From positions 576,001 through 640,000 of the forward strand of contig OY820591.1 of assembly GCA_963555985.3 (NCBI GenBank): a stretch of DNA of 64,000 nucleotides, given 5' to 3'. A program made the translations under genes and the position numbers. The stretch comes from Dehalococcoidia bacterium. GTDB taxonomy: Bacteria; Chloroflexota; Dehalococcoidia; Bin125. Below, piece after piece: positions 57,019 through 64,000 of this stretch. Position 1 is the stretch's first letter. Each line of letters opens with the position of its first letter. The notes under the pieces were generated by a model. The model saw nothing but the letters and a program-made list of their open reading frames with translations. It did no database searches and was not told the origin of the DNA.

Positions 57019-57435
57019 ATGGGTGAGATCGTGGTGGACGTTGAGCTGGAGAACCTCAGCGATCGCAACCTGTTCGAGCGCGGGTACCTGGCCGAAGAGG
57101 AAATCAGGCACGTACGGATACCGGCGGTGGCGGACACCGGCGCGGTCATGTTGGCGCTGCCCGAAGATGTGGTGGAGCGGCTTGGCATCGACGAGGTCGG
57201 AACGATCAACACGACCTTCGCCGACGGTCGACGCGGCGAGTTGCCGATAGCGGGCGGAGTGGGCATCCAGATCGGCGACCGCTCGATGATCGGGCGGTGC
57301 ATCGTGGCGCCGACGGGCTCTGACCCGCTGATCGGCCAAGTGAACATGGAGGAGATGGACCTGATTGCCGATTGCACCAATCAGACCTTGCATCCGAGGC
57401 CGGAGTCGCCGGAGCGGCCGTTGCTGCGGCTGTAG
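57019..57435 (+). CDS. Clan AA aspartic protease (solo)
   Basis: AVADTGA, FADGR, PLIGQ..MEEMDL. Confidence 0.85.
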   Translation: MGEIVVDVELENLSDRNLFERGYLAEEEIRHVRIPAVADTGAVMLALPEDVVERLGIDEVGTINTTFADGRRGELPIAGGVGIQIGDRSMIGRCIVAPTGSDPLIGQVNMEEMDLIADCTNQTLHPRPESPERPLLRL

Positions 57436-57496
57436 GGTGCGGCTACGCCTGAACTGCCGATTCCCCGCCCAGTGGGGATTTACGACATCAACCTCC

Positions 57497-57714
57497 GTCA
57501 TTGCCGCGCTCCGTCGCGGCAATCTCGACGTCCGGGCGACGGCGCTGTTCACGGCGAGATACCCGCGGCAAGCGCGGGTATGACGGAGCTTTAGTGCGCG
57601 GGTATGACGGAATGTTGGGGACGCTGACTAACACTTCCCGTCCCCGATTCACTCGGGGACCCGCTCGGTTGGAGGCACCGTCAGGAGCAGGTCCCCGAGT
57701 AAATCGGGGACGGG
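57497..57714. repeat. REP2-variant pair plus a second palindrome pair (GTCCCCGA..TCGGGGAC)
   Basis: Inverted copy of the interior of 53474-53565; 57637-57714 inverted pair. Confidence 0.8.
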
Positions 57715-57729
57715 GGATTTGAGCGCCAG

Positions 57730-60447
57730 CTACGTCCCAAACCGACGATTCCGCACCGACGGCTCCTCCGACAGCGCGCGCCGCACCTCCGCCACCCACT
57801 CCCCATCCAGACCCAGCGCCGACGTGACCGCTTCGTCCAACTGCTTGCGCACCGGATCATCGTTCATCTGCGGCAGCGCCAGCAGCACATCATCGCAACG
57901 CCAGTCGTAGACGGTCGCCAGCGCGTCTCGCGCGTCGTCTCCGAGTTGGCCGAAGTCCGGTACGCGCAGCGAGCGCAGGGTGTCGAGCGAGAACTGGGGG
58001 TAGGACGGTTTGCGGTTGTCGCGGCCTCCGAGCAGGCTGAGGATGCCGACGGAGGAATTGAAGTAGACGGCCAATGCTTTGGCAGTCGATTCGTTCTTGT
58101 CGTGCGGACGGCACGGTGCCCAACGTGAACCTACAGTCGGTTGATCAAGCCTCACTGCGCATACGCGAGCACCGGGAAGCCACAGCCGCAGAGCCAAGAG
58201 CAGATGGCTACGCTGACTCCAATATCTGTCCGCCAAGCCTTTCTTCGGTGCTTTCGGTTCGATGTAGACGTCAGTCTGTGCGCGCATCGATAGCGTGACA
58301 GTGGTTTTGTGATCCCAGAGCGCACGCCGGCCGGATGCCGTCGGTGTATCGGAGCGTGTATACGCATCCCGTATGCGCTGGCCAGCTGGTCCAACTTGGG
58401 CGATCTCGGACATCGGGATCATCCCGAACGACTTATCCTCGGTCAACGAGCGGTAGGCCCCGATCAGGAAGGGAGAGAAGAAGTTGACCGCGTTCCAGTC
58501 ACCTTGCGCAATCCGCTCCGGCTCCACATTCTGCACGGTGAACTTGCCGGATTTCCCGCTTGCCAGAAGATTGGCGAGATTAAGTGCGGCGATCGGTGTG
58601 CTCGGATTCTCCGCTAGGTTGACTATTCGCGTCTTCGGCTTCGGCTCTTCGGAGTTCCAGCGGCGGCAGACGATGAGCACTTCGCCGATGTTAGTGTTCT
58701 CGGACATGTAGATGCGTTCGGGGTCGTGGGAACTGACGATTGTGTCCAGGTGAAATTGTTCAGCAAGGAATTGGCGCAATCCTTGACCGGAGGGGCCAGT
58801 GGGAATCAGCGATGGCAGAATAAGCGCAAGTGTCCCTGAAGATTCACGCAACAGATCCTCACCAAACACGCAGAAGGCAGTGCTAGATCCAGAAAAGTGA
58901 ACCGCTTTGCGATACTTGTGATCGGCGAACATTGAAGCTTCGCGCTGTTTGAGGCTCAATTCATCCTTCCGCGAGAACTGATCATGCCGCAGGCTGTCGC
59001 GCGTAAACGGCGGATTCATGATCACCAGATCCATCGCCGGCGGTTGTTCCGGCGCTTGCCCGCTGTCTTCCTCGTCTACCTGCGACGACAGTTGCGGCCA
59101 ATCGATCAGCCGCGCCTGTCCCTCCAGGAATTCGAGCGAGCCGAGATAGGGGACGCCGCCGTAGACGCCGAGGTAGGTGCGGTAGACGCGCATCTTGTTG
59201 AACTGGGTCTTGGGCGAGAGCATCCCCAGCGCGCTGGCGGCCATATGCGTGGCGGTGAGGTTGATGTCATAACCCCAGAGCACGTCTTCGACCAGACAGA
59301 GCGCGAGCGCCGCTTCGTCGTCTTCGCCGCTGGGGCCGGCGGCGGTGCGCAGGGCACGGATGCGGTCGGCGGCGGCCATCAGCAGGGTGCCCGTGCCACA
59401 GGCGGGATCGCAGATACGCAGCTTGGCGACGGCGTCGACGTCGGACCAGTCGCAGTCCTGCTCGCGGATTGCCAGCGCCGCCAACAGCGTCGCCGCCGCC
59501 GTAGAGGTATAGAACGATCCGTCGTAGCGGGCGGTGTCGAGCACGCGGTGGAAGACGCGCCCCAGCAGGTCGTGGCGCATCCCGTGCAGGCTGGAGGCGA
59601 TCCGCTCGATCACTTTGGCGAGTTGGTGGATTGTGAGCGAGGTGTCGGGCGATGCGGGCAGGGCGAAGAGCGCCACTCGGGCGGTCTCGAAGACGGGTTT
59701 GTAATCGACTTTGAGGATCGCGCCCCAGGCGTCGGCGAAGCGTTGGGGCGCGCCTGCCGGTTCGGCGGCGCATTCCGCCGCGCTCGGGGGCGGCCACGTT
59801 CCCTGATATCCGCTCGGAGCGTCTGCCGGCAGATGCTCATGCACGCGGTGATGAAACAGCATCGCCATCGCCACGACCAGCATTCCCCGCTTGGCGGCGG
59901 TGAAGTAGCCGTCGTCCTGGGCGGTCGCTTTGCCGCGCGGCAGGTCGAGCTTCTTGGCCAGCGCCTGTCGCACCGGGGTGCTCAAGCCCTGCACGGCGGT
60001 ATCAAGGCCGTCCGACAGGATCTGCGCGGCCTTGTCCGCGTCGGCGACGGAGTTGGGCGCCTGCCGCACGGCCTCCGCCAACTGCTGCGCCGAGCCGCCC
60101 GACCAGTCACTACTTGGCGTAGGCTTGCCGACGCTCTCGGCGGTGCGCAAGAGCCAGCGCAGCTCCGATCCCGCCAGACCGCCCACGGTCGCGCCGGCCG
60201 GATAGCAGACGGCAAAGGCCAGCGTGGTCAAACCCTGTTTGAACCGAGCGTCGGCGTCCTTGATCGCCTGCGCCTGCTTGTCGAAGCCGGTCTCCGCTTC
60301 GAGCACGACGCGCAGCCCGTCCACGTCGGCGACGACATCGAGTCGGCGTTTGCCCTGCTTAACTTCGGCCTTGGCGGGAATGCCGGACTCGGCGAGGAGT
60401 CCGGCGAGTTCGCCGTTGAGCAGGTTTTCGAGGTCGTGTTTGGCCAT
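57730..60447 (-). CDS. Fused restriction endonuclease-methyltransferase (type IIG/IIL-like)
   Basis: N-terminal LDV..VVLEAE nuclease-like segment, GSFYT, DPACGTGTLL, VIMNPPF. Confidence 0.85.
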   Translation of the reverse strand: MAKHDLENLLNGELAGLLAESGIPAKAEVKQGKRRLDVVADVDGLRVVLEAETGFDKQAQAIKDADARFKQGLTTLAFAVCYPAGATVGGLAGSELRWLLRTAESVGKPTPSSDWSGGSAQQLAEAVRQAPNSVADADKAAQILSDGLDTAVQGLSTPVRQALAKKLDLPRGKATAQDDGYFTAAKRGMLVVAMAMLFHHRVHEHLPADAPSGYQGTWPPPSAAECAAEPAGAPQRFADAWGAILKVDYKPVFETARVALFALPASPDTSLTIHQLAKVIERIASSLHGMRHDLLGRVFHRVLDTARYDGSFYTSTAAATLLAALAIREQDCDWSDVDAVAKLRICDPACGTGTLLMAAADRIRALRTAAGPSGEDDEAALALCLVEDVLWGYDINLTATHMAASALGMLSPKTQFNKMRVYRTYLGVYGGVPYLGSLEFLEGQARLIDWPQLSSQVDEEDSGQAPEQPPAMDLVIMNPPFTRDSLRHDQFSRKDELSLKQREASMFADHKYRKAVHFSGSSTAFCVFGEDLLRESSGTLALILPSLIPTGPSGQGLRQFLAEQFHLDTIVSSHDPERIYMSENTNIGEVLIVCRRWNSEEPKPKTRIVNLAENPSTPIAALNLANLLASGKSGKFTVQNVEPERIAQGDWNAVNFFSPFLIGAYRSLTEDKSFGMIPMSEIAQVGPAGQRIRDAYTRSDTPTASGRRALWDHKTTVTLSMRAQTDVYIEPKAPKKGLADRYWSQRSHLLLALRLWLPGARVCAVRLDQPTVGSRWAPCRPHDKNESTAKALAVYFNSSVGILSLLGGRDNRKPSYPQFSLDTLRSLRVPDFGQLGDDARDALATVYDWRCDDVLLALPQMNDDPVRKQLDEAVTSALGLDGEWVAEVRRALSEEPSVRNRRFGT

Positions 60448-60467
60448 TGCGCCCTCTCGCGCCACGT

Positions 60468-61388
60468 TCAGACCTCCGCGAACAGCGGCCGCCGCGTGAT
60501 CACCAATTCCGAGATGCGCGCGTGGTGCGTGTTCTTCATCAGCACCTGCACTGCCTGGAAGCCATGCTCACGCGCCAGCGCCATCGTCTCCGGCGCGTAG
60601 TCGTAGGTCATCAGAAAATCGGCGTCGCAGGCGGACAAGAACTCGAACAGCTGCGGATGGTCGAACTCATGGTGCGCGTAGAGGCGGGCGCCGGCCCGCT
60701 TGCCGCCGGCGGTGTAGGGAGGATCCAAAAACAACACTGCGCCGCTCAGCGTCGCAGTGTCCAACGAACGCAGTACGTCCATCCCGTCTCCGGCGCGAAA
60801 CGTGAGTCGATCGGCGTGATCCCAGATTGCGCTCAACCGTCGCGCGAGCGTGTCCGGATACCAGCGCGAGCGCAGTCCTTTGCCGTTCTCACCGGCGCGG
60901 CTGAGCGCCGCTCCCGGCGCGAGAATTCCGCCGCGGCGCACGCGGTTGAGGACGAGCGTGCGAAATCCGCGCTCAAGGGTGTCGGCCGGCTCGCAGCATT
61001 GCAGTTCATGCACCCGCTCGCGCGTTGGCTCGAACGACTGCACCCGCGCGATCAGCTCGGGCCCGTGCTCCAGCGCCGCCTGCCAGAACGCGGCCACATC
61101 CGCATCCAGTTCGACCATCAGCGCTCGTTCCGCGAAGCCCTCCATCACCGCCGTCAGCGAAACCGTGCCGCCGCCCGCAAACGGCTCAAGCAGCAGCGGA
61201 ACCGTCGCCTCACGCGATCCCAGCCAAGCCCGAATATGCGGAATCAACCAAGTCTTGCCGCCCGGATAGCGAAGCGGACTGCGCTGGGGAACCTCCGCCA
61301 CATTGACCGCCGGAATGCTCGAGAACGGCGCATCGCCGTCTGCCCCTGGTTGAGGCAAGGTGGTCTGCTGCGCGAGACGCTCCGCCAT
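60468..61388 (-). CDS. Dam-like (D12-class) N6-adenine DNA methyltransferase
   Basis: SPLRYPGGK, EPFAGGG, FLDPPY. Confidence 0.92.
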   Translation of the reverse strand: MAERLAQQTTLPQPGADGDAPFSSIPAVNVAEVPQRSPLRYPGGKTWLIPHIRAWLGSREATVPLLLEPFAGGGTVSLTAVMEGFAERALMVELDADVAAFWQAALEHGPELIARVQSFEPTRERVHELQCCEPADTLERGFRTLVLNRVRRGGILAPGAALSRAGENGKGLRSRWYPDTLARRLSAIWDHADRLTFRAGDGMDVLRSLDTATLSGAVLFLDPPYTAGGKRAGARLYAHHEFDHPQLFEFLSACDADFLMTYDYAPETMALAREHGFQAVQVLMKNTHHARISELVITRRPLFAEV

Positions 61389-61440
61389 CCTGCGCTCCTG
61401 TTCGCTCCGTCACGAGGCTAACAGGATCAGTCATCTCTAG

Positions 61441-61452
61441 GAACGATTGTTC
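61441..61452. promoter_or_regulatory. Possible LexA box GAAC-N4-GTTC upstream of the Dam-like gene
   Basis: GAACGATTGTTC, ~52 bp before the ATG. Confidence 0.35.
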
Positions 61453-61478
61453 ATAATGTGTAGCCTGCGGATCGTCGG

Positions 61479-61593
61479 CGACATCGAGTCGGCGTTTGCC
61501 CTGCTTGACTTCGGCTTTGGCGGGAATGCCGGCTTCGCTGAGGAGTGCGGCGAGTTCGCCGTTGAGCAGGTTTTCGAGGTCGTGTTTTGGCAT
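61479..61593 (-). pseudogene. Duplicated 5' end (38 codons) of the type IIG gene
   Basis: MPKHDLENLLNGELAALLSEAGIPAKAEVKQGKRRLDV versus MAKHDLENLLNGELAGLLAESGIPAKAEVKQGKRRLDV (60333-60447). Confidence 0.9.
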
Positions 61594-62036
61594 CAGGCTT
61601 GCCCGCCCGGGGTCACGGTCAGTCCCATCGCGATCGCCGCTTCGGCCTGGCGCTGATCCCAGGTGACGAAGGTCAGCGGGTCGCGTCGGCTTGACGAGAG
61701 TGCGCTGGCGACATGGACGGCGTCGGCGCCGGAGAGGTCGTGTTCGAGCACGATGTCACGCGCGTGCCGGGCAATATCTGCGACCAGTTCGACAATGGCC
61801 GCGCCCTCCCAGATCTCCTCGAACTGATCGAGTGCTAGACCGAGGTCGTGTTCGCTCAGCCGCCCATTGCGGTGCGCCTTGACGATGGCGGAGAACGTTT
61901 CGGGATAGGCGAGGCGGCTGGAGAACACTTGATCGGCTTGATGCCATAGCGAAACCGCGAGCTCACTTCCCTCTTCATCTCGGAGCACGAGTTTCGACAG
62001 GGCGCTCGCGTCGAAGTAGCGGAGCTCATCGCTCAT
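61593..62036 (-). CDS. PIN-domain VapC toxin
   Basis: YFDASALSKL, E, LSGADAVHVASA, FVTWD. Confidence 0.92.
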   Translation of the reverse strand: MSDELRYFDASALSKLVLRDEEGSELAVSLWHQADQVFSSRLAYPETFSAIVKAHRNGRLSEHDLGLALDQFEEIWEGAAIVELVADIARHARDIVLEHDLSGADAVHVASALSSSRRDPLTFVTWDQRQAEAAIAMGLTVTPGGQA

Positions 62037-62257
62037 CGAATACGGCCGAGGTCGCGCAGCAGATCGTCGTTGGTGCCGTGGTAGCGGATCGGGCGCATCT
62101 TATTGGGATCGGCGCGATCCTCTTTCCTCGGCGGCAGGCCCTTGACCAAACCCCGGTCCAGCAGGTCTTGCCAATGCTCGTCGATTTCAACAGTTTCGTC
62201 GTCTTGCGGCGCTGCGTTGTTCGAGTGTTGCTGCGCCGTGGTCTCGTCTTCGCTCAT
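62033..62257 (-). CDS. Putative VapB-like antitoxin
   Basis: ATGA overlap with PIN gene; LLDRGLV..P segment. Confidence 0.6.
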   Translation of the reverse strand: MSEDETTAQQHSNNAAPQDDETVEIDEHWQDLLDRGLVKGLPPRKEDRADPNKMRPIRYHGTNDDLLRDLGRIR

Positions 62258-62361
62258 GGCGATCTCCGATCGATCCGTCCTCTTCCCGATCATATCCGTT
62301 TGAACGCGCCGGATTGGTTAGCATGAGCCACACCACGCACACAGACAAAGGCGACCACACC

Positions 62362-64000
62362 ATGACCTACGACCTCGTGATTCGCGGCGGAACCATCGTC
62401 GACGGCTCCGGCGCTCCCCGCTATCAGGCCGACATCGGCGTCTCCGGCGACCGCATCGCCGCGATTGGACGCATCCCCGAGCAGGGCAAGGAAGAGCTCG
62501 ATGCCCACGGTCTGATCGTCTCGCCCGGCTTCATCGACGGGCACACCCACTTCGACGCGCAGATCTCCTGGGACCCGTATGGCACCTCCTCCTGCTACCA
62601 CGGCGTGACCAGCGTGATCATGGGCAACTGCGGGTTCACGCTCGCGCCCTGTCACCCCGACGACCAGGACCTGCTCATGCGCACGCTGGAGGCGGTCGAA
62701 GACATCCCCGCCGACGCCCAGCGCGCCGGGGTCGATTGGACTTGGCAGACCTTCCCCGAGTTCTTGCAGTTCCTCCACGACAAGCCCAAGGGCATCAACT
62801 ACGGCGGCTACGTCGGACACACCGCTCTCCGCACCTACGTGATGCGCGAGCGCGCCTTCACCGACCAGGCCAGCGACGAGGAAATCGCCGAAATGGCCGA
62901 TATCCTCACCGAAGCCGTCTCGCACGGCGCGATGGGCTTCTCCACCACCCGCTCGCCCGCGCACAAGACGCGCGAGGGCTTGCCCGTTCCCTCCCGTCTC
63001 GCCACTTGGGATGAGGTTCGCACGCTGGTGCTGGCGATGGGCAAGATCAATCGCGGTCTGGTCGAGATCAGCGGCGAGCCGACCATGGGCCAGGACCCCA
63101 ACGACCCCAATCACTACGAACGCCGCTTCCGCGACCTCGCGATCGAGTCCGGCCGCCCGATGTTCTTCCCGGCGCTCTCCAGCCGCCGCGCCGACCCCAA
63201 GGCTTGGCGGCGCTTGTTCGACCACGCACAGGAAGCCGCCGACGATGGCGGCCGCATGTACGGCCAGGCCCACTCGCGCGAGCTCTGCACCAACTGGTCC
63301 TGGCGCACGGAGATGCCCTTCGACCGGCTCTCCATGTGGCGCGAACTCCGAGCCAAGCCGCTCGACGAGCAGATGGCGCTGCTCCAAGACCCCGAAATCG
63401 TGGCCCAGCTCGTCCACATCGCCAACACCGAGGAGGAGGACTTCTCCAAGGTCATGCCCGCCCAGGCGCGCAAGCCATCCGACTGGGATTGGGTCTACAT
63501 CCTCGATCATGTGGACGGCACTCCGAACCGGCGGCTCGGAGAAGTCGCGCGCGAGCGCGAGGAAGACCCGGTCAAGACCATGATCGACGTCGGCGTCGAG
63601 CAGAACCTCGAAACCCTCTACATGGTTCCGCTCGCCAACGAACACCAGGACACGGTGCTGGAGATCATGCGCGAGCCGCGCTCGCTGGTCACCTTCTCCG
63701 ACGGTGGCGCCCACGTCTCCCAGATCATGGACTCCTCGCTCCAGACCCACGTGCTCGCGCACTGGGTGCGCAACGCCGGCGAACTCACCCTCGAACAGGG
63801 CGTGAAGCTGCTCACTTGGGATATGGCGACCGCCTGGGAGCTCCCCGACCGCGGTCTGCTCCGGCGCGGCTACAAGGCCGACATGATCATCTTCGACGCC
63901 GACGAGGTGCAGCCCGAGCGTCCGACGGTCGAATACGACCTGCCCGCCGGCCAGCGCCGGCTCGTGCAGAAGGCGAAGGGCTACCACTACAGCATCGTCA
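62362..64000 (+). CDS. N-acyl-D-amino-acid deacylase / amidohydrolase (runs off the window end)
   Basis: MTYDLVIRGGTIVDGSG..ADIGV, PGFIDGHTHFD, GVTSVIMGNCG; absent from ORF track because there is no stop. Confidence 0.9.
   Translation, partial: MTYDLVIRGGTIVDGSGAPRYQADIGVSGDRIAAIGRIPEQGKEELDAHGLIVSPGFIDGHTHFDAQISWDPYGTSSCYHGVTSVIMGNCGFTLAPCHPDDQDLLMRTLEAVEDIPADAQRAGVDWTWQTFPEFLQFLHDKPKGINYGGYVGHTALRTYVMRERAFTDQASDEEIAEMADILTEAVSHGAMGFSTTRSPAHKTREGLPVPSRLATWDEVRTLVLAMGKINRGLVEISGEPTMGQDPNDPNHYERRFRDLAIESGRPMFFPALSSRRADPKAWRRLFDHAQEAADDGGRMYGQAHSRELCTNWSWRTEMPFDRLSMWRELRAKPLDEQMALLQDPEIVAQLVHIANTEEEDFSKVMPAQARKPSDWDWVYILDHVDGTPNRRLGEVAREREEDPVKTMIDVGVEQNLETLYMVPLANEHQDTVLEIMREPRSLVTFSDGGAHVSQIMDSSLQTHVLAHWVRNAGELTLEQGVKLLTWDMATAWELPDRGLLRRGYKADMIIFDADEVQPERPTVEYDLPAGQRRLVQKAKGYHYSIV

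Noticed and set aside
62290-63987. 565-aa minus-strand ORF
   Set aside because: Shadow of the plus-strand amidohydrolase starting at 62362

Overview
GC-rich chromosomal window, most consistent with a Chloroflexota (Dehalococcoidia-like) bacterium and possibly host- or sponge-associated. That placement is inferred from gene content only: luciferase-like monooxygenases, SDR expansion, a Tat-lipoprotein solute-binding protein, an FN3/LRR surface protein and high toxin-antitoxin (TA) density. The housekeeping backbone is the atpC 3' end, murA, mreB, rex, menA/menB/menG, plsY, ilvE, ilvBNC and many oxidoreductases. It is interrupted by about 16 intact or decayed TA-like modules, two restriction-modification loci and nested palindromic repeats. 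I recognised no integrase, transposase, tRNA, rRNA or CRISPR array. The most striking structure is at 12974-21766. A 1441-aa surface-protein gene is followed on the same strand by an array of small gene pairs, interleaved with two divergent orphan copies of that protein's C-terminal tip, each carrying the same ~85-bp terminator/promoter/leader repeat. Other leads are recurrent small-protein + retropepsin pairs, recurrent DUF6978-like + DUF1828-like pairs, an NpmA/KamB-like 16S rRNA methyltransferase, a Zn-ribbon + PD-(D/E)xK pair, a candidate structured RNA at ~31052-31176 and an ABAB array of four SDRs. All family names come from recognising motifs by eye; no database searches were run.
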